Below are positions 23,938 to 35,204 of a stretch of 64,000 bases of DNA, piece by piece; position 1 is the stretch's first letter, and each line of letters opens with the position of its first letter. Below the pieces are notes generated by a model. The model was given only the letters and a program-made list of their open reading frames with translations, had not been told where the DNA came from and did not search any database. The position numbers were made by a program, and so were the translations under genes. The stretch is taken from NCBI RefSeq assembly GCF_016026235.1, contig NZ_CP065613.1; one strand, written 5' to 3'. Source of the DNA: Escherichia coli. GTDB lineage: Bacteria > Pseudomonadota > Gammaproteobacteria > Enterobacterales > Enterobacteriaceae.

Positions 23938-25410
23938 TCAATATATTTTTGTCAGCACATAGCGATAGAGTCCACCGTCCGGCACGAACTCAAGACGATG
24001 GGTAATACAGGCAGGCGCATCTTCAGCGTGGTGCGAAACAAACAACAATTGCGTTTCACCTTCGCTAATCAGCACATCAACAAAACGGCGGATAAGCTGG
24101 CGATTCAGCGGATCAAGCCCCTGTAGTGGTTCATCGAGAATAAGCAACGTCGGATGTTTCACCAGTGCGCGGACAATCAGCGCCAGACGCTGCTGTCCCC
24201 AGGAAAGACTATGGAACGGAGCGTCAGCCGTGCGTTTATCAATGCCGAGAATATCCAGCCACTGCTGCACCAGTTTTTGCTGGCGATCCGAAACGGCCTG
24301 ATAAATGCCAATCGAATCAAAATAGCCAGAAAGAATCACATTACGCACAGTAGTACTGACCCGGTAATCCAGATGCAAACTACTGCTGACGTAACCGATA
24401 TGCTTTTTGATATCCCAGATGGTTTCGCCGCTGCCACGACGTCGTCCGAAAAGCGTCAAATCGTTGCTGTAACCTTGCGGATGATCGCCAGTAATCAGGC
24501 TTAATAACGTCGATTTTCCCGCGCCATTTGGCCCGATAATTTGCCAGTGTTCACCTGGATTCACCTGCCAGCTAAGGTTATTAAGAATGGGGCGATCGTT
24601 ATAAGAAACCACGCCATTATTCAGCACAATGCGCGGTTCGTTGGCGGGTAAGGCGTGACGTGCTGAAGGTTCATCCGGCTCCGGCAGTTGCACACCTTCA
24701 AGCTGTTCACTATGCGCCAGTTGCGCGACGAGTGCTTGTTGGAGCAGCTCCTCTTTAGCGCCAGTTTCCGCTAACGTGCAATCCGCCAGCACGCCAGCAA
24801 ACTGGACAAATTCCGGGATCTCATCGAAGCGATTGAGCACCAGTACCAGAGTAATACCGGACTGATGTAACGAGGCGAGTCGCTCAGCCAGCTGCTGACG
24901 TGAGGCAACATCCAGGCCATCGAACGGCTCATCAAGAATCAACAAGTCAGGCTCCGACATCAGCGCCTGACACAGCAGGGTTTTTCGCGTCTCGCCAGTG
25001 GAAAGGTATTTAAAGCGTCGGTCGAGGAGGGCGGTAATACCGAACTGCTGTGCCAGTTGCATGCAGCGCGGTGCATCCTTTACTTCATCCTGAATAATCT
25101 CAGCCGTAGAGCGTCCGGTGTCATCTTCGCCAGGGCCGAGCATATCGGTGTTATTCCGCTGCCATTCGTCGCTGACGAGCTTTTGCAATTGCTCGAAGGA
25201 GAGACGAGTGATGTGGGAAAACTGGCTTTGCCGTTCACCTTTCAAAAGCGGAAGTTCCCCCGCCAGCGCGCGGGCCAGCGCCGATTTCCCGCTTCCATTC
25301 GAACCGACAAACGCCCAACTATCCCCCGCGTTTAACGTTAGCTGAGGCAATTGCAGCGTTTTTGTGTCGCCAAGACGAAACGTGCCTTGCAAGATTTGCA
25401 ATGATGACAT
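23938..25410 (-). CDS. modF: ABC-type ATPase ModF (tandem ATP-binding domains)
   Basis: MSSLQILQGTFRLGDTKTLQLPQ...; two Walker A motifs (GSNGSGKS, GPNGAGKS); ORF-track start is 4 codons upstream. Confidence 0.92.
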   Translation of the reverse strand: MSSLQILQGTFRLGDTKTLQLPQLTLNAGDSWAFVGSNGSGKSALARALAGELPLLKGERQSQFSHITRLSFEQLQKLVSDEWQRNNTDMLGPGEDDTGRSTAEIIQDEVKDAPRCMQLAQQFGITALLDRRFKYLSTGETRKTLLCQALMSEPDLLILDEPFDGLDVASRQQLAERLASLHQSGITLVLVLNRFDEIPEFVQFAGVLADCTLAETGAKEELLQQALVAQLAHSEQLEGVQLPEPDEPSARHALPANEPRIVLNNGVVSYNDRPILNNLSWQVNPGEHWQIIGPNGAGKSTLLSLITGDHPQGYSNDLTLFGRRRGSGETIWDIKKHIGYVSSSLHLDYRVSTTVRNVILSGYFDSIGIYQAVSDRQQKLVQQWLDILGIDKRTADAPFHSLSWGQQRLALIVRALVKHPTLLILDEPLQGLDPLNRQLIRRFVDVLISEGETQLLFVSHHAEDAPACITHRLEFVPDGGLYRYVLTKIY

Positions 25411-25477
25411 TTTATATCCCATTTTGTGCAGCGATTACTGACAGGGATACGTGTTTCATAACAAATTGTCAACACGC

Positions 25478-26266
25478 TTAGCACAGCGTGGCGATAATCA
25501 CGCTGTCGGCATTAAAGTAGGCCGTGACATTCTGTCCTTGCTGAAGAGAAGTCGCTTCATTTACCGGCACTGTGGCGCACAGTGTTTGCCCGTCCGGTAG
25601 TGCCATTAATACTTCGCACTGCTCTGCGCCGCGCTCAATATGGCTAATAATACCCGGTAATTGGTTGTCAGCGTTTTGCGCGACCGCTTCGTCCTGAGTA
25701 ATGCCTACCCACGGCGCTTTTAGCAATATCAACACTTCTTTGCCTTCATCCAGCCCCAGACGCGCGCCGCTTTGTGCGGTAATTGCGACTTTCAGGCGTG
25801 TTTTTCCATCAGCCAGTAAGACATCAACATGCTGTTGAACGTCATCATGATCGCGGGCGGTGATGGTACCGAACCACTGGTTACGGGCGCTGGTTTGCAG
25901 TGAAAAACGTGAGATCGCGGCCAGCAGGCTGTTCAGCGGCAGGGCGTCATCGTAACTTAACACATCAAAGGCTTTTTGCTGGATTTGCGCCAGTAAGTCA
26001 TAGAGCTGAATCAGTCGCTGACCATAGCGGGTCAGTACTGCGCCGCCGCCACCTTTACCGCCTGTTGCGCGCTCGACCAGAATATGCTCACTTAACTGAT
26101 TCATCTCGTTAATGGCATCCCAGGCGCTTTTATAGCTGATACCGGCATCTTTCGCTCCCTGGCTAATGGAACCGGAAAGCGCAATGTGTTTTAGTAGCGA
26201 AATGCGGCGCGGGTCGGCGAATAATTTTTGTTGGAGCTTAAGGGTGAGAAGGATTTCGGCCTGCAT
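25478..26266 (-). CDS. modE: molybdate-responsive transcriptional regulator ModE
   Basis: 262 aa; N-terminal HTH and C-terminal Mop domains; divergent from modABC. Confidence 0.94.
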   Translation of the reverse strand: MQAEILLTLKLQQKLFADPRRISLLKHIALSGSISQGAKDAGISYKSAWDAINEMNQLSEHILVERATGGKGGGGAVLTRYGQRLIQLYDLLAQIQQKAFDVLSYDDALPLNSLLAAISRFSLQTSARNQWFGTITARDHDDVQQHVDVLLADGKTRLKVAITAQSGARLGLDEGKEVLILLKAPWVGITQDEAVAQNADNQLPGIISHIERGAEQCEVLMALPDGQTLCATVPVNEATSLQQGQNVTAYFNADSVIIATLC

Positions 26267-26376
26267 AACAATGTCCTGGCAAAAGTCTTATTGTGACGGA
26301 AAACGAACGCCACGCAAAGCTGACCGCACAAAAGGGGAGTGCTTTTCTGTGCTTAGCGGTTAGAATAGTCTCATGA

Positions 26377-26544
<168 letters not shown>

Positions 26545-26667
26545 TTCCCTGAATGCCCGCTTAGTCGGGCATTTTCTTTTTCTCAACTTCCTGCTTTTCC
26601 TGCCGATATTTTTTCTTATCTACCTCACAAAGGTTAGCAATAACTGCTGGGAAAATTCCGAGTTAGT

Positions 26668-26691
26668 CGTTATATTGTCGCCTACATAACG
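26668..26691. promoter_or_regulatory. ModE operator at the modABC promoter
   Basis: cgttatattgtcgcctacataacg, inverted repeat CGTTAT..ATAACG immediately upstream of modA. Confidence 0.75.
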
Positions 26692-26710
26692 TTACATTAA
26701 GGGGTTACCA

Positions 26711-27484
26711 ATGGCTCGTAAATGGTTGAACTTGTTTGCCGGGGCGGCACTCTCTTTCGCTGTTGCTGGCAATGCACTGGCAGATGAAGGGAAAATCACG
26801 GTGTTCGCCGCCGCATCACTGACTAACGCAATGCAGGACATTGCTACGCAGTATAAAAAAGAGAAAGGCGTGGATGTGGTTTCTTCTTTCGCTTCGTCAT
26901 CTACTCTCGCCCGTCAGATTGAAGCGGGTGCGCCTGCGGATCTGTTTATTTCTGCCGATCAGAAATGGATGGATTATGCGGTTGATAAAAAAGCGATCGA
27001 TACAGCTACGCGTCAGACACTGCTCGGCAATAGCCTGGTCGTTGTAGCACCGAAAGCCAGCGAGCAGAAAGATTTCATCATCGACAGCAAAACTAACTGG
27101 ACTTCGCTGCTGAATGGCGGTCGCCTCGCGGTTGGCGATCCGGAACATGTCCCTGCTGGCATTTATGCAAAAGAAGCACTGCAAAAACTGGGCGCATGGG
27201 ATACGCTCTCCCCGAAACTGGCTCCGGCGGAAGATGTTCGTGGCGCGCTGGCGTTGGTCGAACGCAATGAAGCGCCGTTGGGCATTGTTTACGGTTCTGA
27301 CGCAGTTGCCAGCAAAGGGGTAAAAGTGGTTGCCACCTTCCCGGAAGATTCACATAAAAAAGTGGAATATCCGGTTGCTGTTGTGGAAGGGCATAACAAT
27401 GCGACAGTGAAAGCATTTTATGATTATCTGAAGGGACCGCAGGCAGCGGAAATCTTTAAACGTTACGGATTTACAACCAAGTAA
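26711..27484 (+). CDS. modA: molybdate ABC transporter periplasmic binding protein
   Basis: 257 aa with signal peptide MARKWLNLFAGAALSFAVAGNALA. Confidence 0.95.
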   Translation: MARKWLNLFAGAALSFAVAGNALADEGKITVFAAASLTNAMQDIATQYKKEKGVDVVSSFASSSTLARQIEAGAPADLFISADQKWMDYAVDKKAIDTATRQTLLGNSLVVVAPKASEQKDFIIDSKTNWTSLLNGGRLAVGDPEHVPAGIYAKEALQKLGAWDTLSPKLAPAEDVRGALALVERNEAPLGIVYGSDAVASKGVKVVATFPEDSHKKVEYPVAVVEGHNNATVKAFYDYLKGPQAAEIFKRYGFTTK

Positions 27485-28173
27485 TGATACTGACCGATCC
27501 AGAATGGCAGGCAGTTTTATTAAGCCTGAAAGTTTCTTCCCTGGCTGTGCTGTTTAGCCTGCCGTTTGGGATCTTTTTTGCCTGGTTACTGGTGCGTTGC
27601 ACGTTTCCGGGCAAAGCTCTGCTCGACAGCGTACTGCATCTACCGCTGGTGTTACCGCCCGTGGTCGTAGGTTACTTATTATTAGTTTCGATGGGACGGC
27701 GCGGATTTATCGGTGAACGTCTGTATGACTGGTTTGGCATTACCTTCGCCTTTAGCTGGCGCGGCGCGGTTCTCGCTGCCGCCGTCATGTCGTTTCCGCT
27801 GATGGTGCGGGCAATTCGTCTGGCGCTGGAAGGGGTTGATGTCAAACTGGAACAGGCCGCAAGAACACTGGGGGCCGGGCGCTGGCGCGTTTTCTTTACT
27901 ATCACGTTACCGCTGACCTTACCGGGAATTATTGTTGGTACGGTACTGGCTTTTGCTCGTTCTCTCGGTGAATTTGGCGCAACCATCACCTTTGTGTCGA
28001 ACATTCCTGGTGAAACGCGAACCATTCCTTCTGCCATGTATACCCTGATTCAGACCCCCAGCGGGGAAAGTGGCGCAGCGAGACTGTGCATTATTTCTAT
28101 TGCGCTGGCGATGATCTCCCTGTTGATTTCAGAATGGCTGGCCAGAATCAGCCGTGAACGGGCGGGGCGCTAA
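27484..28173 (+). CDS. modB: molybdate ABC transporter permease
   Basis: 229 aa polytopic membrane protein; stop/start overlap with modA. Confidence 0.95.
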   Translation: MILTDPEWQAVLLSLKVSSLAVLFSLPFGIFFAWLLVRCTFPGKALLDSVLHLPLVLPPVVVGYLLLVSMGRRGFIGERLYDWFGITFAFSWRGAVLAAAVMSFPLMVRAIRLALEGVDVKLEQAARTLGAGRWRVFFTITLPLTLPGIIVGTVLAFARSLGEFGATITFVSNIPGETRTIPSAMYTLIQTPSGESGAARLCIISIALAMISLLISEWLARISRERAGR

Positions 28174-28175
28174 TC

Positions 28176-29234
28176 ATGCTGGAACTGAATTTTTCCCAGA
28201 CGTTGGGCAACCATTGCCTGACTATTAATGAAACGCTGCCCGCCAATGGCATCACTGCTATCTTTGGCGTCTCCGGTGCCGGAAAAACTTCGCTGATTAA
28301 CGCCATCAGTGGACTGACGCGCCCGCAAAAAGGGAGGATTGTCCTCAATGGTCGGGTACTAAATGATGCCGAAAAAGGTATCTGCCTGACGCCAGAAAAG
28401 CGTCGCGTTGGCTATGTTTTTCAGGATGCGCGGCTGTTTCCGCATTACAAAGTGCGTGGCAATCTGCGCTACGGCATGGCGAAAAGCATGGTCGATCAGT
28501 TCGATAAGCTGGTGGCGCTTTTAGGCATTGAACCGTTGCTTGACCGTTTACCAGGCAGCCTGTCCGGAGGCGAAAAACAGCGCGTAGCGATTGGACGGGC
28601 TTTGCTGACGGCACCAGAATTGCTGTTGCTGGATGAACCGCTGGCGTCACTGGATATTCCGCGTAAACGCGAACTGTTGCCTTATCTGCAACGTCTGACG
28701 CGGGAAATCAACATCCCGATGTTGTATGTCAGCCATTCGCTGGATGAGATCCTCCATCTGGCAGACAGAGTGATGGTACTGGAAAACGGTCAGGTGAAAG
28801 CCTTTGGCGCGCTGGAAGAAGTCTGGGGTAGTAGCGTGATGAATCCGTGGCTGCCGAAAGAGCAACAAAGTAGCATTCTGAAAGTGACGGTACTTGAGCA
28901 TCATCCGCATTACGCGATGACTGCGCTGGCGCTGGGCGATCAGCATTTGTGGGTCAATAAGCTGGACGAACCGCTGCAAGCTGCGCTACGTATCCGCATT
29001 CAGGCTTCCGATGTTTCTCTGGTTTTACAACCGCCGCAGCAAACCAGCATTCGTAACGTATTGCGGGCAAAAGTTGTTAATAGTTATGACGACAACGGCC
29101 AGGTGGAAGTGGAGCTGGAAGTCGGCGGTAAAACGCTGTGGGCGCGTATCAGCCCGTGGGCCAGGGATGAACTGGCGATCAAACCTGGCCTGTGGCTGTA
29201 CGCGCAAATTAAAAGTGTGTCGATAACCGCCTGA
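28176..29234 (+). CDS. modC: molybdate ABC transporter ATPase
   Basis: 352 aa; Walker [10 protein letters not shown], signature LSGGEKQR, C-terminal Mop domain. Confidence 0.95.
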   Translation: MLELNFSQTLGNHCLTINETLPANGITAIFGVSGAGKTSLINAISGLTRPQKGRIVLNGRVLNDAEKGICLTPEKRRVGYVFQDARLFPHYKVRGNLRYGMAKSMVDQFDKLVALLGIEPLLDRLPGSLSGGEKQRVAIGRALLTAPELLLLDEPLASLDIPRKRELLPYLQRLTREINIPMLYVSHSLDEILHLADRVMVLENGQVKAFGALEEVWGSSVMNPWLPKEQQSSILKVTVLEHHPHYAMTALALGDQHLWVNKLDEPLQAALRIRIQASDVSLVLQPPQQTSIRNVLRAKVVNSYDDNGQVEVELEVGGKTLWARISPWARDELAIKPGLWLYAQIKSVSITA

Positions 29235-30053
29235 TTAAATCAGGTGGCTATAAATGAACTGGGCAATGCTGTCGGTGGTGTTATCACCAATCACAATATT
29301 GGCGCGCGCTTTTACCGCGTCATCGGCGTTGCCCATCGCCACGCCTGTACCAGCGGCTTCCAGCATACTGATATCATTAAAGTTATCGCCGAATGCCACG
29401 ACGTTTTCCATCGACCAACCTTGCGCCTCAACCCATTTCGTCAAACGTTTACCTTTGCTGTTGCCGCCGCGTGCAATATCAACCTGATCGTGCCAGGACC
29501 ATTCACACTCCAGTCCCAGTTCATGTTCGACATGCTTACCAAAATGCTGCAATTGCGGCAGGTCATCGTGCGTCAGGGCGAACTTCCATACGGCGTTAAC
29601 TTGTTGCGCCGTTTCAGCCAGAGAAGCGACTTGTGTGAAAGTCGGACGCTGTTCCGGCGGCAGGGTTTGCGCCCAGTTAGATGTGCGAATGACATGCCCG
29701 GTCGGGTGCTCATAGACCATTGCATCATCGACATACATCAGACCGTGAATGTGGTGTTCATTCAGCATCTCAATGAGTTGCAGGGCTTTAATAACGGGCA
29801 TTGGGTCCGCTTCCAGCACGGTTTTTGCATGATAATCATACAAATAGGTGCCATTACAGCAAATAGCAGGTGTATCCAGCGCCAGCGCCTGATAAAAAGG
29901 ATGAATAGCGACGTGATGGCGACCTGTGACGATGATTAATTGATAGCCTGCTTCGCGAGCGCGGGCCAGGGCTTCTATCGATGATGGAAGCAAGGTCTTT
30001 TTCGGGGTCAATAAGGTGCCGTCTAAGTCGAGAGCAATCACGCGTGTGGTCAT
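29235..30053 (-). CDS. ybhA: HAD-family sugar phosphatase YbhA (Cof-type)
   Basis: MTTRVIALDLDGTLL... DxD HAD motif; 272 aa; ORF-track N-terminal extension is not real. Confidence 0.9.
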   Translation of the reverse strand: MTTRVIALDLDGTLLTPKKTLLPSSIEALARAREAGYQLIIVTGRHHVAIHPFYQALALDTPAICCNGTYLYDYHAKTVLEADPMPVIKALQLIEMLNEHHIHGLMYVDDAMVYEHPTGHVIRTSNWAQTLPPEQRPTFTQVASLAETAQQVNAVWKFALTHDDLPQLQHFGKHVEHELGLECEWSWHDQVDIARGGNSKGKRLTKWVEAQGWSMENVVAFGDNFNDISMLEAAGTGVAMGNADDAVKARANIVIGDNTTDSIAQFIYSHLI

Positions 30054-30288
30054 GGCGTATTCCAGATTAAGGTTAAGAATTTTCGTCTGCGCGAATGGTA
30101 CACCGATACCACTATCGGACAAAATTCTGCGTTTTAATTCAGCATTCACCGCCAAAAGCGACTAATTTTAGCTGTTACAGTCAGTTGCTAAATGCAAAGG
30201 AGCATTCATGAAGCAAATGCCTCTTAGGAATTAATCCTTTATAATCAATTAATTACAAGTGGCGTTTCGAAATCATTCGAAATTAATT

Positions 30289-31335
30289 CTAAATGTCTTT
30301 CCATTCCCTCCCTCGTCCGTCACGGTATTTATCCGTCATGCTGGATGAACGATGTCCAAGGAGCGCCTGAGTGAAATCACTGCCTTTTTCTGCTGAGTGC
30401 AGGCGACCGGATAAACTTCGGATTTCATGAAATGGCGGTGGGTCACCTTCCCATTTCAATCCGGATGTGTCTCGGGCAATCCTGAACTGTGCTGCGATTG
30501 TCCTGGCTGTCTTCCCTCCGAGTAACTTTTCGTTTTTACCGTTTATTTTTTTCAAGTTATCCAGTACATCGGCAAGTGTTAAATTCAATCTGGAAATCGT
30601 GGTGGGGAGAGAAATGCGAATTTTTGCCCCTGTTTTTTGTTGTTCCACGTATAGCCTGCCATCTCTTATATCCTCCCATCTCATAGCCGCCAGATCTCCT
30701 TCGCGCTGTCCTGTTACCAGTGCAAGATCCATGCAAAGGCCGAACCATTCGTTCTGGACGTCTGCTATTTTCCTGATTAACAGATACTCGTCAATTAACA
30801 GTCGACTGCGCTTCACTTCAGTTCTGAATGGCTTGGTTGCAGAAGCTGGATCTTCTTCGGCAAGACCAGAAGCTATAGCTGTTTTAAAAATGTCTGATAA
30901 AAGCGCCCTGTACTGGTTAGCAATAGCAAATTTACTCCCAGCTGCTCTGATTTCAAGAAAGCTGTACACCTCCCTTATGCCTATATTTTTAACCGGAACA
31001 CCACCAAAGTATTCACTTATGATTTTCAACCTCTGGTTGTGTCTTTTCATGGTGTTTGTGCTTAATTGTCTACGCTCTATTTCATTTCTGAAATTTAATA
31101 TCAGCTCGCAGAATAATGTTACGCTATTACCTTTTATTCTATCCAGTAAGCTTATATGTTGCGTGGATAATAATTCCATATTTGCCGCAATAGCCTCATT
31201 AACTGCAATTCTTTTGTCTCTTCCGATTCCAAACTCCCTTCCTGAACGTGGGTCACGATAACTATAATATCCACCTCGATTGTAAAGATTGGGTGGTAGA
31301 TCACGTGTGTTTGAGTTTCTTCTTCGTCCGGTCAT
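30289..31335 (-). CDS. int: lambda-type tyrosine integrase
   Basis: MTGRRRNSNTRDLPPNLYNRGGYYSYRDPRSGREFGIGRDKRIAV... closely parallels lambda Int; C-terminal HxxR...Y catalytic region (LLGHRSSSMTDKYRD). Confidence 0.93.
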   Translation of the reverse strand: MTGRRRNSNTRDLPPNLYNRGGYYSYRDPRSGREFGIGRDKRIAVNEAIAANMELLSTQHISLLDRIKGNSVTLFCELILNFRNEIERRQLSTNTMKRHNQRLKIISEYFGGVPVKNIGIREVYSFLEIRAAGSKFAIANQYRALLSDIFKTAIASGLAEEDPASATKPFRTEVKRSRLLIDEYLLIRKIADVQNEWFGLCMDLALVTGQREGDLAAMRWEDIRDGRLYVEQQKTGAKIRISLPTTISRLNLTLADVLDNLKKINGKNEKLLGGKTARTIAAQFRIARDTSGLKWEGDPPPFHEIRSLSGRLHSAEKGSDFTQALLGHRSSSMTDKYRDGRGREWKDI

Positions 31336-31525
31336 TTCTGATTCTCTGCAAAAGCCCGCCAGTCGTTTGAGGTGTAATTTTTTTTGCTGACTCATGAAAT
31401 AAATATTCACGCCCATCCTTTATCGGTGGTGGAAAAATCTTACATTCTCGCACCCAGCGGCGAACCGTTTCTGGGCTTCGTGGACGTAACTGACGGGCGT
31501 TCCATTCTTTGAGTGTCAAATACAT
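31301..31525 (-). CDS. xis: excisionase
   Basis: MYLTLKEWNARQLRPRSPETVRRWVRECKIFPPPIKDGREYLFHESA... near-identical architecture to lambda Xis; overlaps int start. Confidence 0.92.
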   Translation of the reverse strand: MYLTLKEWNARQLRPRSPETVRRWVRECKIFPPPIKDGREYLFHESAKKITPQTTGGLLQRIRNDRTKKKLKHT

Positions 31526-31629
31526 GTCATATTCCTGTAATATGACCGCCAGTAAATATACAGAATACTGGCGGGCGTGGTTGATTTTTAATAATCAGCT
31601 ATGAAGTTCTAATTTTGATATAATGCAAC

Positions 31630-31824
31630 TCACGAGGACAGAAGTTTCTCGCAATTAAAATTTATCAGTTTTACTTTCTGCTCTCTGGAAACGCCTGCTT
31701 CTTTTTTCCCTGAGAGCATTTTTTCGCATTCTGATTTCGTTAGTTTAGATTTTGAATATCTTGTCCAGCTGGTAGGAGAACCACCTTCCTTTTCAATAGT
31801 GGCTGTAATTTTATACATGAACAC
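31630..31824 (-). CDS. hypothetical phage protein (64 aa)
   Basis: ORF in the leftward early operon between the ATPase gene and xis. Confidence 0.4.
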   Translation of the reverse strand: MFMYKITATIEKEGGSPTSWTRYSKSKLTKSECEKMLSGKKEAGVSREQKVKLINFNCEKLLSS

Positions 31825-31868
31825 CTACATTAATATTTTCAAAAACCGTGTTCAAAATGCACTTGGTT

Positions 31869-32966
31869 TTACACCGGAATATTCTCATCGTATCCTGCTT
31901 GTTGCGTTTCGTTTTGTGTTTGTGGATCCGGGAATGCATATTCAACGCCTTCCAGTTCAATCCATAGTGCATTACGACCAGCTTTGATTGTCGGCCAGTC
32001 CATACCTTTGATTCTTTCCCATGAGCGGGAGGTGAATGTTTTTTCCAGCAAATCAGCTTTTGCGCGTTTGGCGTCGTTACTGGTGCCCCCATGGTGCTTG
32101 TTGAGCAACTCGATAATTTCATCAAGTGCGATTTCTTTTGCACGCTTTTCTTTTAGCCATGTCGGTGTACCGTCGTTGGCAAATAATTCACTGTTATCCC
32201 GTGAGGTATCGATGCCGAGGTGTTCACCTCCCAGGTTAAGAAACTCGATATGAGGAAGAAAGTTTTTAAATGTTGGGTTTGAAAATACCTGTCCATCAAT
32301 ACGGGTGGAGCGATCTTTTAGTATTCTGGCGGTGCGCCACACCTGACCGGTTTCTATGTTCATTTGCTTCTCCATCTGGATCAGGATGGAGGGTTCATAA
32401 CCGGTTTCTGTTTCTGCTTTCATTTTTATACCGGTTTTTGCCAACTGGCGTTTGCCATCATCACCTTCGAAAAAGTCATACTCATATCCTGCACGCCCGC
32501 ACATAATAATGTGCGCCTGACTGTTAACAAATCGATCGGTAAAGCGTCGCCACTCCTGTTTGAGCCACGCCCAGTCTGAAAATTCCAGTCCTCGTTTACG
32601 GTTTCGGCGTCTGGCATACTCGTCGCATAATCCGGTCCAGAAGTGACTGATGGAGTCGATGATCATTACGGAACCGCTGCTTTCCGCTTCATTAATGGCT
32701 TCAAGCAGATCAACAAACGAGCGGGTTTTTGCCGTAAATAATTCGATATTTTCCGCATCAAAGCGGGGTTTAACCCAGTCAGAGCCTGTTTCTGTGTCCA
32801 GAAACATTACCGGGCGGTTACCAGCTTCAATTCCCCGTTGCCGCATAAGCATTACCAGACCAATAGCCAGTTCGCTTGCTGTGTAGGTTTTGCCGTCGCC
32901 AGCAAACCCCATAATTCCTGCTTTTAGATAGGCCTGTGTGTTTATTGCTCGTTGAAAAAGCGCCAT
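31869..32966 (-). CDS. AAA_24-type (Sak4/RecA-like) phage ATPase
   Basis: Walker A GFAGDGKTYTA and Walker B VMIIDSISHFW motifs; 365 aa; sits where recT/bet lies in Rac/lambda. Confidence 0.55.
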   Translation of the reverse strand: MALFQRAINTQAYLKAGIMGFAGDGKTYTASELAIGLVMLMRQRGIEAGNRPVMFLDTETGSDWVKPRFDAENIELFTAKTRSFVDLLEAINEAESSGSVMIIDSISHFWTGLCDEYARRRNRKRGLEFSDWAWLKQEWRRFTDRFVNSQAHIIMCGRAGYEYDFFEGDDGKRQLAKTGIKMKAETETGYEPSILIQMEKQMNIETGQVWRTARILKDRSTRIDGQVFSNPTFKNFLPHIEFLNLGGEHLGIDTSRDNSELFANDGTPTWLKEKRAKEIALDEIIELLNKHHGGTSNDAKRAKADLLEKTFTSRSWERIKGMDWPTIKAGRNALWIELEGVEYAFPDPQTQNETQQAGYDENIPV

Positions 32967-32971
32967 AGATT

Positions 32972-33271
32972 TTAGTCCTCCAAATCAATATCAACCTGGT
33001 GGTGGGCAATGGTTTCAGCCATGTACCGGATGTGTTCTGCCATGCGCTCCTGAAACTCAACATCATCATCAAATGCGTGGCTGATTGCCTGTTTATTGGC
33101 ACCGTGGCGTTGCAAATGGTCGATGCAGAGCGATTCAAACAGGTGCTGAGGCAGACCTTTTTCCAGGTCGTCCGCCAGTTCCGTTTCTTTTTCTTCACGA
33201 ACGATCTGCTGGTAGTGGCGAGCCCATGCCATTTCTTCAATACGATCAAAAATCGGGTAAGCGCTCATCAC
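32972..33271 (-). CDS. hypothetical acidic phage protein (99 aa)
   Basis: ORF between the RecE-like gene and the ATPase gene, same strand, tightly packed. Confidence 0.4.
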   Translation of the reverse strand: MMSAYPIFDRIEEMAWARHYQQIVREEKETELADDLEKGLPQHLFESLCIDHLQRHGANKQAISHAFDDDVEFQERMAEHIRYMAETIAHHQVDIDLED

Positions 33272-35204
33272 TGGTCACTCCAAAATTTTCAAGCTTGTTG
33301 GCAATCATCATTGCGATGTCAGGGATTGCAGGCGCATAGGCTATGCACGCAGGATTCGCACATAAACCGTAAACCGCCGCAATCAACACCTGTTTTTTCC
33401 AGTTGAGTTCATCTTCGCCAGTTTCATTATTGCTATCATTATGCTGATCGCTGCCAGCGTTCTCCGGTAACAAATCATCAGCTTTTTCCGTTTTCTTCGG
33501 CTCTTCTTCCTGTGCTTCATCTGGTTTTTTTTCGTCAAAAGTTTCCTGATAAGTTGCGTCTCCCATCACCGCGCCACAGTCAGGGCAGTTATCCTCGCCA
33601 GTCTGATTGCAGGGTGTTCCCTCCTCCGGTTCGCTGTTCTGGTGCTGTTTATCTTCAGTCTGTCGCACTTCATTTTCCGTTTTTTTGACTTCATTTGAGG
33701 AGATATGATGACCGGGAATCCATTTCGGATCATTCGGGTCGCTAATCCCTTCAACAAATTCTCCGCGAGAGGCAGCCAGTAATTTGTCTGCATCGACAGG
33801 ATTTTTGGGCGGAATGTTTTTCCGGGCTTCATGGAGTTCTGCCCGCAGTTCCTGATATTTCGCATCAACAGCATTTACCTGTGACTGAGCATCCAGCGGC
33901 TGCGTGTCCTGATGATGTTCAGTTGCATCCGGTTCCACTGTTTCAGCCGTTGCCTGTTCATCTGCCATTGCGCAAGATGGTTGCGGTTTTTCTTCATCAT
34001 CCTGTTTTCCTTCTTCTGTTACTCGCTGCGGCATCGGGGCAGAGGAGCGACCGCAGGCAATATCCACGATTTCCGGATCAGGGTTGGCATGATCGGTTTC
34101 AGTCAGTACTTTGTTCAGATATTCAGTGACGTGTGCGGGGATGACCTCGATCCCAATTGGTGCTTCTTTCACGGACGCAACCACGATGGCGCGGGAATAA
34201 TCCAGCCCGCCAGGCATGGTGATGAATTTGTCGCGGAAAACAGAAAAGGGTGGTTTATTTTCAGCGATAATTTCCTCAATGCGTTTAGCGTGTGCCGGAT
34301 GAAGGTTATAGATGTCCACGTCCATTGAACGGGCCAGTACGCCAGTGGCTACATCGCGCGTCAGTGACGTCAGATCGTGGACGAAACCTTCGCCGCGATC
34401 GGTGAGGTTCCCGCCGCCAGCATTAGCACCGGAAGTCGTGCGAGTGATGCGTGAAACACGATTCCCTTTTCGCCATTCTTTTGTCAGAAGACCGCGATCA
34501 ATGTGTTCGGTATCCAGCCAGGCTGAAATGAAATTCTTAAATTCATAGGGCTGATGTTTTTTCGTGATAGAGAAAACTGCCTTAATTGCATCAGTCAGGC
34601 GGAGCAGGGCGGCATTATCCAGAGTTGTCGGTTCTGCCATGCCGCGTATGGCCAACAGCAGATTCTGGACATAGCTGTTTTCCTGATCCATCTCAAGAGC
34701 AGTAATGTGTTTGCGTTGTTCACGGGTGGCATGATGCAGGTATTTCCGATCCCCGGCAGCATACGTAAAAATGTGCAGAAGACGCTGTGTGAACCGCAAA
34801 GTGGCTACAGAGACTTCGCAATCCTGGCAATCCTCGTGGGCGTCTGCCTGCGCGTTTTCTTCCTGGCCTCCCGCCAGTTCTTTGGTTTCTTGAGCATTAT
34901 CCTGGTGGTGAACGTCGTCTGGCGCTGCTCCCGGTTTTAGTTCCCATGTCATGGAGTCTTTGCTGAGTTGATAGCGTTCACTCCAGGTAAAATCGATCTC
35001 ACCTTCAGGGGGAAGGTCATTAACGACAGGAAAATTTGTGGCAACAGCTTTAAAATAGTTGCTCAGTTTTTTACCTGACTTAACGAGCAGATAGTCCAGA
35101 GTGGTGCTGGTCGATTCAAAATCGTCGCTTGCCCACAGGACGACGTCAGGTTCACCGGATGATTTTTTCGCTTTCCGTAACAGGAAGAGTGGTTTTGTGC
35201 TCAT
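33246..35204 (-). CDS. RecE (exonuclease VIII) N-terminal-region homolog; C-terminal nuclease domain apparently absent
   Basis: N-terminus [31 protein letters not shown]... and internal block [35 protein letters not shown]...[64 protein letters not shown] match my recollection of Rac RecE; 652 aa vs about 866 aa for RecE. Confidence 0.55.
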   Translation of the reverse strand: MSTKPLFLLRKAKKSSGEPDVVLWASDDFESTSTTLDYLLVKSGKKLSNYFKAVATNFPVVNDLPPEGEIDFTWSERYQLSKDSMTWELKPGAAPDDVHHQDNAQETKELAGGQEENAQADAHEDCQDCEVSVATLRFTQRLLHIFTYAAGDRKYLHHATREQRKHITALEMDQENSYVQNLLLAIRGMAEPTTLDNAALLRLTDAIKAVFSITKKHQPYEFKNFISAWLDTEHIDRGLLTKEWRKGNRVSRITRTTSGANAGGGNLTDRGEGFVHDLTSLTRDVATGVLARSMDVDIYNLHPAHAKRIEEIIAENKPPFSVFRDKFITMPGGLDYSRAIVVASVKEAPIGIEVIPAHVTEYLNKVLTETDHANPDPEIVDIACGRSSAPMPQRVTEEGKQDDEEKPQPSCAMADEQATAETVEPDATEHHQDTQPLDAQSQVNAVDAKYQELRAELHEARKNIPPKNPVDADKLLAASRGEFVEGISDPNDPKWIPGHHISSNEVKKTENEVRQTEDKQHQNSEPEEGTPCNQTGEDNCPDCGAVMGDATYQETFDEKKPDEAQEEEPKKTEKADDLLPENAGSDQHNDSNNETGEDELNWKKQVLIAAVYGLCANPACIAYAPAIPDIAMMIANKLENFGVTSDERLPDF

